Part shown: positions 17,980 through 26,409 of the stretch, in pieces
How positions within the stretch are numbered: position 1 is the first letter of the stretch
Layout of the letters: the number at the start of each line of letters is the position of its first letter
DNA from: Leadbetterella sp.
GTDB lineage: Bacteria; Bacteroidota; Bacteroidia; Cytophagales; Spirosomataceae
Assembly (NCBI GenBank): GCA_019638185.1
Contig: JAHBUH010000005.1
Location: forward strand, 61,300 to 125,299
Reading direction: 5' to 3'
DNA: 64,000 nucleotides
Position numbers and translations under genes: made by a program
The notes under the pieces: model-generated
Told to the model about the DNA's origin: nothing
The model's database searches: none
The model's input: the letters and a program-made list of their open reading frames with translations, nothing else

Positions 17980-20900
17980 TTAGTAGTTAATTGTTATTCT
18001 GTTTGGAGTATTAAAATCACTTATATGTGGAGGTAAATAACAGGTATAATATATAGAAAAGTATGCTCCTTGACATCTGGGAATATCTCCTTTTAATTTC
18101 AAATATTGAAACTTATTAGATTTTCGCGTTGTATAAATTATATTTTCAGGATTTGGCAGCAAACAACCATTATATCCATTGGGCACCGCAGTAGATAAGA
18201 ATGTCTCAGGATGTTTATTGGTAAAAATAATCTCATATCGTTCATACTCCATATTATTTCTAAGTTCAGTACCTACAAAAGTTGTTCCCATCGTTTGGGG
18301 CATAATAAGTTGATTTGAGTTACAGGTTTCCTCAATAGGGGTACAAGCTAAAACGTGTATTGCAGAAGAAGCTATAGAAGTTTGACAGTCTGTACTACAT
18401 CTAGCTGTATATACTCCCACACCTACATTTATACTTGCTCCGCTCATATTATTACTCCATGTAATTGTCCCATTACATCCAGCAGCCGTAAGAGTAGCCT
18501 GTTCTCCATCACATATTGTCGTTTTGTTAACACTTATAACCGGTGGAGTCGGTGAGTTTGTACTATTGACTGTTACGCTATTGGATTGCTTAGCATCACA
18601 CCCTATCTTACTACACGTAGCCGTATAACTCCCTACTCCCACCGATATCGAAGCCCCTGCACCACCATTACTCCATGTCACTGTTTCACCGACACATCCT
18701 GTAGCCGTCAAAGTAGCCTTTTCTGTACCACAGACCGAGGTTTTATTCGTAGATATTGTAAATGTAAAATTACAGGGCTCTTTCTCATCTATCACCGTTC
18801 CCTCGTTAGAAGCCCCGCTTACACATCCTTCTATCACACACTGAGCGGTATAGGTGCCTGCACCTGCACTGATTTGATTTCCGGTGTCGCCTGTACTCCA
18901 TTTGATTGTGCCGCCACAGTTCGAAGCATACAGTGTTATGGTTTGGCCTGCCGTTACCGTTCCTGAACCGGGTATGATCACCGGAGCCGGTGGAGGGTTA
19001 AGACAATTTCCAATCGTAAAGTCGGTCATAGCGCTGGCGCTACCTTCGCAGCTGTTAGCGGCTTTGCATTTGGCGTAGTGAAAATGACGGCCGGTTGCTG
19101 ACTCGTAGTATTTACTGCCTGACCCGATGTGCTGATTGCCGCTGTTGTACCACTCTACTGCGTGAGAGCCACACCCGGTGGCTTCTATTTCTACGGTGGT
19201 TCCCGTATTAAACGGCGAGTTTCCTTTCACAGTAACGGATGGCACGGGGAGGGGGGTTACACATTGCCCTATCTGAACTCTCACCCAGCCTGAAAGCTCA
19301 CTTTCACAATTATTCGCACCCTGGGTACACGTAGCTCTGAAATACTGGTCGCCCACACTGTTTATACTGTGTACTACGTTGTTAGAAATTTTTGCTCCAC
19401 CCGAATTGTACCAGGTGATGGTGCCCCCATCGCAGCCATGAGCCTGCAGGAATACGGTAGTGCCTTCTTCATAGACCGTGTTTCCGTCTATAACGGTATC
19501 TCCTATCTTGGCAAAGGCATACGGTGCAGCAGGTGGATTGGTACATTTCTCTACACGAATGACTATATAGCCGGTAAAACCACTTTCACAGCCGTTATGA
19601 TCTTTACAGGTAGCTTTGTAGTAATAGGGGCCTCCAATACCTATATGACTAAAATCCGCTCCCGTGCCTACCATCTGGTCTCCCGAGTTATACCAGATTA
19701 CGGTACCGGAGCAGCCTCTCCCGTACAGCGGGATGGAGCTGCCGTATTCCGCCGTTTGGCCATCATAAGGAGAAGATATGGCGGGCGGCTCAGGTGTGCA
19801 GCTGCACTTATCAATATGGATGTTTTCATCACTGAAGTTACTCTCACAGCCATCAGGTGTAACACATTTCACCCTGTATTGATAATACCCGTTTTCGGTT
19901 TCCTTTCTCATAAGGTAGTTGTCCATATAGGCCAGGTATTCGTCGTTACGATACCATTTTAGGATACCGCCATTGTTGCACGTCGTAGCATGCAGTTCCG
20001 TTTCCGTGCAGGAGGTCCAGCCGCCGGGCATCTTGGTGAGGGTAGGCCCCGAAGGCCTGGCTAAGAGGTTAAGTGTGACCCTATTGGAGGGATCACTGTA
20101 GCACTCGTTGAGTTTGCATCGGATTTTATAGGTAAACTGCCGGGGGGTAGAGAGGTCCGGATGAGCTACTGTCCGGGTATTTCCGCCGCTTGTCCACGGA
20201 CCCTCATTTTCTGACCATTGCAATACACCCGGGCAGAAAACTGATGCGGTTAACGTGGCTTCCATACTGGCACAGTAGTGCTCCTCTGTGCGGGAAGATA
20301 CTAACTTCGGGGCAGCTAACGGGTTATATACGGTAATGGTTATCTCATTGGTAACTACTTCTATGCAGTTCAGATCATAACACCGGGCGGTGTAAGTGGT
20401 GCTGATTTCAGGGCTAACGGTAACGGTGGCTGTAGTGGCCCCGTTTGACCATTCCACGGCATGCGGGCATCCTGTAATAGTCAGTGTGGTACTGTAGCCT
20501 TTGCATATACTGCTGTTATCGGCTGTGGTAGAGATAGACGGGGCGAAATTGACTTTGGGGGTAACGATGAATTCATTGTCTTTTACTTCTACCAGGAGTG
20601 AAGCGCCCGATTCCAGTTTAATTTCATTGGTTACCGGGTTAGCGTTTCCGCCCTTGGTGTTCAGCATATAACTGAAACCCGAAGTTTCGTTAAATGTAAA
20701 CAGGTAATCTGACGTTATTTCTTTTGCAGAAGCGGCACAAGCCTTTAACTTTATTTTTCCGCTCAGCAGGGCATTAATCTTACGATTGCAGCCAAAGGTG
20801 ACGTAGGCCTTTTCTAATGAGGCATCCAAAGGATGGATTCCCGAAGTGGTGCCTTTATCCAGGGCAATGAGCTTGTCAGCACCGGCCTGGCCTATTAATC

Positions 20901-21837
20901 CCCCGTTTATGTCCATAAACAACCCGCTGGAAGGTATTTTGGCTAATTTTCCTCCGTCTTTTTGAAGGATAATTCCCGGTAGGCGCAGGTTAAAGTTACC
21001 CAGGGATACCCCCTGCCAGTAATTGCCTGACTCTGCTCCGCATTTCGGCAAACCCGGAGGGTTCTGGCGAATACTGAAATCTATCAGGGCATTACTACCT
21101 GATTCAAAATGAAAGCCGAATTCTTTGATTTGGCGGGAATGGAAATGATTTGCTACACGGGCCTGCAGAAAAATATCGTTCCAGTCATAAACCGTTTGCG
21201 AAGCAAACACCAAAGCCAGCGGAAGCTCCGGATGTATACTTTTTCCTTCACTATCTTCCTGGTTTACGCTGTTAAATATTTTCAGATAACCAGACAGCGT
21301 CAGTTTTTCAAAAGCTCCGCAGTTAAAACTCAGCCGCGTGTCCTGGTCCAGGCCCAGCACCATGGTATTGCCGGACATAGCCACTTCAAAAAACTTGTTT
21401 TTGCCGGCCAGCAAACTCACCGCTTCCGGACTTAGCTGGGCATTTTTTTCGGAGCTGAGCAGCCCGGGAAGCAGGCGCATTTCTCCCTTAAAGCCGTGTT
21501 TGGCCGAAAAACCGATAGCGGGGCTGTTAAAATAAAGCACCTGGCCGGGCATTTCAGGATTAGGTACAAAGCGGGCTCCCACTTCTAAGGTAGAACCGCC
21601 GGCCGTAAAGTTCATGGCCGTAACCACGATGTCATACGTATGCTCATCTATGGTGGTGCGGAACACCACCGGCAAAGACGAAAGGCCGGACTCCGGAATG
21701 CTGCCTGAGCTCACACTCACTACCCGCCCTTTACTGACGGCTTCATTAATGGCTCCCTCTATTTGGGCTCCCGTAAGGGCGGTTTGCGAATAACCGAAAA
21801 GCGGCAGAAAAAATAAAAATGTAAATAGTGCTCTCAT
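17980..21837 (-). CDS. Secreted Cys-rich protein with Ig-like repeats, no T9SS CTD
   Basis: 1285 aa, signal peptide ending GYS-Q; about 8 repeats of type PxAP...TLTAxGCxGxVxWSNG...YTAxC; unique N-terminal about 420 aa; AT-rich 3' end. Confidence 0.8.
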   Translation of the reverse strand: MRALFTFLFFLPLFGYSQTALTGAQIEGAINEAVSKGRVVSVSSGSIPESGLSSLPVVFRTTIDEHTYDIVVTAMNFTAGGSTLEVGARFVPNPEMPGQVLYFNSPAIGFSAKHGFKGEMRLLPGLLSSEKNAQLSPEAVSLLAGKNKFFEVAMSGNTMVLGLDQDTRLSFNCGAFEKLTLSGYLKIFNSVNQEDSEGKSIHPELPLALVFASQTVYDWNDIFLQARVANHFHSRQIKEFGFHFESGSNALIDFSIRQNPPGLPKCGAESGNYWQGVSLGNFNLRLPGIILQKDGGKLAKIPSSGLFMDINGGLIGQAGADKLIALDKGTTSGIHPLDASLEKAYVTFGCNRKINALLSGKIKLKACAASAKEITSDYLFTFNETSGFSYMLNTKGGNANPVTNEIKLESGASLLVEVKDNEFIVTPKVNFAPSISTTADNSSICKGYSTTLTITGCPHAVEWSNGATTATVTVSPEISTTYTARCYDLNCIEVVTNEITITVYNPLAAPKLVSSRTEEHYCASMEATLTASVFCPGVLQWSENEGPWTSGGNTRTVAHPDLSTPRQFTYKIRCKLNECYSDPSNRVTLNLLARPSGPTLTKMPGGWTSCTETELHATTCNNGGILKWYRNDEYLAYMDNYLMRKETENGYYQYRVKCVTPDGCESNFSDENIHIDKCSCTPEPPAISSPYDGQTAEYGSSIPLYGRGCSGTVIWYNSGDQMVGTGADFSHIGIGGPYYYKATCKDHNGCESGFTGYIVIRVEKCTNPPAAPYAFAKIGDTVIDGNTVYEEGTTVFLQAHGCDGGTITWYNSGGAKISNNVVHSINSVGDQYFRATCTQGANNCESELSGWVRVQIGQCVTPLPVPSVTVKGNSPFNTGTTVEIEATGCGSHAVEWYNSGNQHIGSGSKYYESATGRHFHYAKCKAANSCEGSASAMTDFTIGNCLNPPPAPVIIPGSGTVTAGQTITLYASNCGGTIKWSTGDTGNQISAGAGTYTAQCVIEGCVSGASNEGTVIDEKEPCNFTFTISTNKTSVCGTEKATLTATGCVGETVTWSNGGAGASISVGVGSYTATCSKIGCDAKQSNSVTVNSTNSPTPPVISVNKTTICDGEQATLTAAGCNGTITWSNNMSGASINVGVGVYTARCSTDCQTSIASSAIHVLACTPIEETCNSNQLIMPQTMGTTFVGTELRNNMEYERYEIIFTNKHPETFLSTAVPNGYNGCLLPNPENIIYTTRKSNKFQYLKLKGDIPRCQGAYFSIYYTCYLPPHISDFNTPNRITINY

Positions 21838-22865
21838 TTGGATATAGTGGTTAAAATATCTTCAACTTGCTTGTATAGTGCCGGATCGCTGATGTGTTCG
21901 TTATAGTATTTTTTCAGGAAATCTGCTTCCTGCTGTTCAAGGGTTTCCCGTTTCTGACAATAGTCCTTCAGCAGTTTAATGGCATCCTGTAGTTTTGAAT
22001 TCCTGAAATAATAACCGCTCTCTGCCATAAAAAACCGGCCGGCTATACTAAGTTCGTCTACTCCGATAGACTTTAAGGCAGCCTGCATAAATTTAAGTTT
22101 TGAAAAGCTGAAACGCTCCGCTCTTTCGGAATGGAGGCTCCACATAATCACATTTTCGAGAGCCTGGTTTACTTCTTCCCGCCCGTAGCGGGTGTAGTAC
22201 TCTTCCCGGTGGTTAAGGATTTGCATAAACAGCGGATGCTCGTCATCGGTGAGTACTTTCTGAAGAATCATAAACCCATCGTCTTTGGGAGGCTCTGCGC
22301 CCGTAAGTAAGCCGTAGGCCTGCATGGCTTCTATGTTCAGGTTTTCATCAGAGGTATACCGGGCCAGGTAAGCCAGGTTTACCAAAAAGTCGGGCTGCCG
22401 GTAACCCTCCCTAAAGGCCTGTTTCTGAGCGGGCCAGTTGGCTTTGGGGTCGAGAGCCCGCGCAGCAAAAGCCATAATGGAGGTTTCGTTATTCTGAGGG
22501 TCGCCCGCCGGATAAACCGCCAGCAGTGTGCTGTCCGCCTGCCAGAAAGTAAGCAGCGGTGTAGACATCACATTCAGTTCCAGGTTTTGACGGAATGCCC
22601 TACCGTCTTCCGAATTTACCTCCAGTTTATAATTTACGAAGGTGGTATTGTAATGTCCGCCAATGGTACTGTTTATGGCAAAAGTTTCCAGAAAATGTTC
22701 ACAGTGGGGGCAGCCGTCAGCATGAATCATGATAAAAAGCGGTTTCCGTAAAACTTCTGCTTTACGAAAAGCCGACTGCAGGTCTCCGTTCTCAAAATTT
22801 ATCTGAGAGAAAGCCGTAAGCGGAAACAGCAGAATTAATAGTAGTTTATTTTTTATTAATCGCAT
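21834..22865 (-). CDS. Exported thioredoxin-family protein (CPHC active site)
   Basis: Likely start MRLIKN at 22865 (track starts at 22883); signal peptide; KPLFIMIHADGCPHC; overlaps next gene by 4 nt. Confidence 0.82.
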   Translation of the reverse strand: MRLIKNKLLLILLFPLTAFSQINFENGDLQSAFRKAEVLRKPLFIMIHADGCPHCEHFLETFAINSTIGGHYNTTFVNYKLEVNSEDGRAFRQNLELNVMSTPLLTFWQADSTLLAVYPAGDPQNNETSIMAFAARALDPKANWPAQKQAFREGYRQPDFLVNLAYLARYTSDENLNIEAMQAYGLLTGAEPPKDDGFMILQKVLTDDEHPLFMQILNHREEYYTRYGREEVNQALENVIMWSLHSERAERFSFSKLKFMQAALKSIGVDELSIAGRFFMAESGYYFRNSKLQDAIKLLKDYCQKRETLEQQEADFLKKYYNEHISDPALYKQVEDILTTISK

Positions 22866-22921
22866 AGAGTTTATGTATATCATTTCTTAGATAGTTTGTA
22901 GAATCTTTATATTTCGGGCTT

Positions 22922-23114
22922 CTATTTGGTCTTCCACTTCTCATACACCGCCTTTTTGAGAAAAAGTTTAGTTAATGAATCCCTGCTTAAGGTAGAATTA
23001 TCTATTTTGTTACCATCACTGTCCCAATACGCCCATTTCTCATATTGAAATTCTATTCTTTCAAAGAAGGAGTCATTGATTTCCCAGTTGCCGGTGGAAG
23101 ATTTTTTTAAATAA
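22922..23114. repeat. 193-nt direct repeat, copy 1
   Basis: Matches 24270-24462 at 189/193 nt by manual alignment; encodes the identical last 63 aa of immunity C and B. Confidence 0.9.
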
Positions 23115-23593
23115 CCTCGAAATACTTCTTTCATCACAATATTGTGAAGTTCCTCAAAAGTATTTGGAACATAACGTATTTGCTGATTTCGTGGAGCGAC
23201 AAGATATGGGCCATAAAAAAAGAACCACTTATCATCAATTTTAATCCCATATATGTAATGTATCCCATCATGAGTAGCATCATCATATTTTGATAGTTGT
23301 ACCTTTATAGCTCCTATCAACTTATTACCTTCACTTTTAAAACATAAAAGGGAGTCTAATTCCCATGTATTAACTTTCAGATTTTGGATTATTTTCAGAT
23401 TGCTATCTATCCAATTATTCAAGCTGTCATTCATTTGAGAATATGCCTTTTCATACTCTTTTTCTCCTACAATTCCAATAGAATGCTTGCGATAGAGCAA
23501 AGTATAGTCTTCAGAAGTTTCTTTACTCTTTTTTTGCTCGCAAGCAACTAGCAAAATCACTAGAATCAATATAATTTTATTTTTTATTAACAT
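22922..23593 (-). CDS. Putative immunity lipoprotein C (orphan cassette C)
   Basis: 223 aa, lipobox LVAC; paralog of 24270-24944 and 25119-25768 (shared GIxIxxKWxFF and YLKKSS...WEIN motifs); start overlaps stop of upstream toxin-tip fragment. Confidence 0.7.
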   Translation of the reverse strand: MLIKNKIILILVILLVACEQKKSKETSEDYTLLYRKHSIGIVGEKEYEKAYSQMNDSLNNWIDSNLKIIQNLKVNTWELDSLLCFKSEGNKLIGAIKVQLSKYDDATHDGIHYIYGIKIDDKWFFFYGPYLVAPRNQQIRYVPNTFEELHNIVMKEVFRGYLKKSSTGNWEINDSFFERIEFQYEKWAYWDSDGNKIDNSTLSRDSLTKLFLKKAVYEKWKTK

Positions 23594-24008
23594 GTCCTGG
23601 CTCTTCTTGTTTTAGTTCAAATATCCACCCATAATTACTAATACTATGACTATTCAAGAAACTTTTAGGAACTTCAATAGAAAAATCTTCATACATTTCG
23701 TACACCGGTACAGGATTACCTGCTCGGTCTTGGCCTATCCGGATTATCCTGGTTTTCAGGACTGGCCGTGTGGTGGTATAGCTGTCCGGAATAAATGCAC
23801 GCCCACTTTTTACAGTAGCAATTTCCAGACCTCCCACGGCGCATTGGGGAGCCACACCATCCTGTTTCCAAAGAAAATCCGCATTTTTTTCGCCCAGATT
23901 ACTTCCGTATTGCCAAACCTGTTGCCAACGATCCGGATTTACCGAGCCTCCGCAACCGTTTTCAGGCGCAATAATATAATAGCCTCCCCACCGTATACGG
24001 CCTCCCAG
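23577..24008 (-). pseudogene. Orphan toxin C-terminal fragment C (in frame with RAYT fragment)
   Basis: QDGVAPQCAVGGLE...KSGRAFIP...SHSISNYGWIFE, homologous to fragments at 24928-25110 and 25752-25940. Confidence 0.65.
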
Positions 24009-24146
24009 CTGCTCTTGGCAGAACTTAAAGCTGGCCCAAAGTATATTTCTATAGACCTTTCTTGTAAAAACATCCACCCAATCTACAATGGTAAAGGTCA
24101 TAAAGTGAGGTGCTTCTTGACTTCGTATAACATAACCTTCTTTCAT
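24009..24146 (-). mobile_element. N-terminal fragment of REP-associated tyrosine transposase (RAYT, IS200/Y1-like)
   Basis: MKEGYVIRSQEAPHFMTFTIVDWVDVFTRKVYRNILWASFKFCQEQ matches the recalled Bacteroidota RAYT start (HFxTxTxxxWxDxF...SxxxCQ); truncated before the HUH motif. Confidence 0.75.
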
Positions 24147-24169
24147 TTCATTTTCTTTTAAGTATTTAT

Positions 24170-24217
24170 GCGGTCAGAGACCGCTAAACACCCTCCCTAC
24201 GTCTGAAGACGTGGGAG
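24170..24217. repeat. Two REP-like hairpins upstream of the RAYT fragment
   Basis: GCGGTC-AGA-GACCGC (24170-24184) and CTCCCTACGTC-TGAA-GACGTGGGAG (24193-24217). Confidence 0.6.
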
Positions 24218-24269
24218 AGCGGGGAGAACGGGGTAAAAGGTATAATATCTATTAGAACTCTTCGGACTT

Positions 24270-24462
24270 TTATTTTGTCTTCCACTTCTCATACACCGCC
24301 TTTTTGAGAAAAAGTTTAGTTAATGAATCCCTGCTTAAGGTAGAATTATCTATTTTGTTACCATCACTGTCCCAGTACGCCCATTTCTCATATTGAAATT
24401 CTATTCTTTCAAAGAAGGAATCATTGATTTCCCAGTTGCCGGTGGAAGATTTTTTTAAATAA
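24270..24462. repeat. 193-nt direct repeat, copy 2
   Basis: See 22922-23114; offset 1348 nt. Confidence 0.9.
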
Positions 24463-24944
24463 TTCCTATAAGCATTTTTTATAGCTATTTCATGAAGTTG
24501 CTCAAAACTAAGGGAGGTTCCTCGTTTACGAGAAATAACCATTGTAGCACCAACAAAAAAATACCATTTCTTCTCTATTGCTACACCATATAAATACCAA
24601 ATGTCGTCTTGTGTGCAATTGGGTTTGTTACATTGCAATGACAATGTTGTAACTAACTTGTTTCTAAATCTATTAAAACACATTACATTATCTAATTTAT
24701 AAGGATAAAGTTCTAAAGCCGGAAATGCCTTAACGTTATTTCCTTGCCAATTCTTTAGAGAATCCTTAATTGCTTGATGGACCTCATTGTAAACTTCTTT
24801 ACCAATCAAATTTTGAGATTGAGTAATTACTCGCCTTTCAATAGCATACAAATTCGTACCTTCTTTTTCCCTTTCATTAGGATAGCATCCTAGTAAAAGA
24901 GGGAAAAATAGATAAAATAGCTTTTTTTTATTTGGGTATAACAT
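24270..24944 (-). CDS. Putative immunity lipoprotein B (orphan cassette B)
   Basis: Likely start MLYPNKKKLFYLFFPLLLGC at 24944 (track starts at 24983); lipobox LLGC; paralog of Imm A and C. Confidence 0.7.
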   Translation of the reverse strand: MLYPNKKKLFYLFFPLLLGCYPNEREKEGTNLYAIERRVITQSQNLIGKEVYNEVHQAIKDSLKNWQGNNVKAFPALELYPYKLDNVMCFNRFRNKLVTTLSLQCNKPNCTQDDIWYLYGVAIEKKWYFFVGATMVISRKRGTSLSFEQLHEIAIKNAYRNYLKKSSTGNWEINDSFFERIEFQYEKWAYWDSDGNKIDNSTLSRDSLTKLFLKKAVYEKWKTK

Positions 24945-25110
24945 AACCAGGTAATCCATTTTGACGTTCAAATATCCACCCATAATTACTAATACTATGG
25001 CTTTTCACAAAACCCTTTGTAGTAACGTTTGTGAGTATAAATGTACGACCACTTTTACTTGTCAGGCTTTCCAAACGTTCTACAGAACATTGCGCAACTA
25101 CACCATCTTG
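24928..25110 (-). pseudogene. Orphan toxin C-terminal fragment B
   Basis: QDGVVAQCSVERLESLTSKSGRTFILTNVTTKGFVKSHSISNYGWIFERQNGLPGYVIPK*; 24968-25083 matches 25798-25913 at 110/116 nt. Confidence 0.65.
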
Positions 25111-25118
25111 CCTATTTT

Positions 25119-25768
25119 TTAGTATAATTTCTTTGACGAGGTATTTCTCTTGTTCCAATTTGATTCTATGACTGACTTTGTCCACCATCTTTCCCATTCT
25201 TCCTCAGTTTCAAATTTACCCTTATGAATAGCTAATATTCTGTCGATATCACTAAAAAACTCCTCATTGATTTCCCATTCATCACTAGAAGATTTTTTTA
25301 AGTAACCCTGAAATACTTTTTTCATGGCGATGTCGTGGAGTTGGGTGAAGGTTAATGATTTCCCCTTTTCTCTAGGTAGAACCATATAAGGACCACTAAA
25401 AAAATACCACTTGTCTTCTATCTGGACTCCATAAAAAAAAGTAATTCCGTCACCCTTCCCTTTCGAATCGGAATTCCTAACTTTAAGAGCCATGATAGAT
25501 TTTGTCCCATCTTTGTTTACACAAAAGTTGAATCAATTTCACTATCATTTATTGTATATTGGTATGACTTAAGACTAGCGTTTTGCCAAGAAATCAAAGA
25601 ATCTTGTGCCGACTTATATAATTTCAAATAATTTCCATTTAGTGATTGATCTGAATATTGAAATATCAACTTTTCATTTAATAGACCAGCATCCTTATTA
25701 TCATTGATACAGCCTAATAATAAAATATTAATAACAATGATTAGACAACACTTATTTAGACTTAACAT
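25119..25768 (-). pseudogene. Putative immunity lipoprotein A, split by a 1-nt frameshift
   Basis: MLSLNKCCLIIVINILLLGC... (start 25768) ends ...EIDSTFV*; one extra T in the run at 25523-25526 gives EIDSTFCVNKDGTKSIMALKV, joining 25119-25493 into a 216-aa paralog. Confidence 0.75.
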
Positions 25769-25940
25769 AACCAGGAGCTCCTTCTTTAATTGTTCCATCA
25801 AATATCCATCCATAATTTCCAATACTATGGCTTTTCACAAAGCCCTTTGTAGTAACGTTTGTGGGTATAAATGTACGACCACTTTTACTTGTCAGGCTTT
25901 CCAAACCTTCTACCGCACACTGTGGAGCTACGCCATTTTG
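25752..25940 (-). pseudogene. Orphan toxin C-terminal fragment A (no start codon, missing from ORF track)
   Basis: Manual translation QNGVAPQCAVEGLESLTSKSGRTFIPTNVTTKGFVKSHSIGNYGWIFDGTIKEGAPGYVKSK*. Confidence 0.7.
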
Positions 25941-25951
25941 TAACCTGCTCT

Positions 25952-25971
25952 GCTTAGTCTCCTGACTAAGC
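25952..25971. repeat. REP-like perfect hairpin at the 5' edge of cassette A
   Basis: GCTTAGTC-TCCT-GACTAAGC, flanked by near-direct repeats TAACCTGCTC (25941) and TTACCTGCTC (25979). Confidence 0.6.
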
Positions 25972-26127
25972 GGAAGTGTTACCTGCTCTCTGATCGGAAT
26001 ACTCCCAAAAAATAAAAATACAATTTCAAAGGGCTTTATTATCAGTCAAATACTGATTTGTAATCTTCTATTATTAACTTTTAAACCCACAATAAAAATA
26101 ACCACCAACTTCTTTGATATATTACCA

Positions 26128-26155
26128 AACCTCATTTCGATCAAGAAATGAGGTT
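26128..26155 (-). terminator. Perfect 11-bp hairpin, possible terminator or processing stem
   Basis: AACCTCATTTC-GATCAA-GAAATGAGGTT, 5 nt after the stop at 26161; weak U tract. Confidence 0.4.
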
Positions 26156-26160
26156 ACCAG

Positions 26161-26388
26161 CTAATTTGAAAAATTGCCTGAGTTATTTTTTTCTTTAATA
26201 AACCATTTTTTATAAACTATTACGTAAACTACAGATGATATAATGCCTCCTCGAATAACATTTGCAGGGATATCAAATTCAACATATAATCTTCCTTTTG
26301 GTACTTGTGCTTCAAAGCCTAAAGGTCCATTTAATAGAACATGAGTAATACCATTTTCACTCTCTTGTAAAATTTTTGTTTCTAACAT
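26161..26388 (-). pseudogene. TreTu-like ADP-ribosyltransferase toxin remnant
   Basis: LQESENGITHV...FEAQVPKGRLYVEFDIP resembles the recalled TreTu core VQESxxGxTHV...QAxxGSxYVEFDVP; the upstream RWMS motif is absent and the end diverges. Confidence 0.55.
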
Positions 26389-26409
26389 TCTTACTTACAA
26401 ACTTATCTA

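Noticed and set aside
23646-24161. 171-aa plus-strand ORF over the RAYT/tip fusion
   Set aside because: The minus-strand frame carries both the RAYT and the tip homology
23577-24240. Intact IS200/IS605 or RAYT element
   Set aside because: Only 46 aa remain; no HUH motif, catalytic Tyr or TnpB
25111-25197. N-terminal extension of ORF 24928-25197 (MGKMVDKV...)
   Set aside because: Lies inside Imm A in another frame and has no similarity to tips A or C; the start is probably fortuitous
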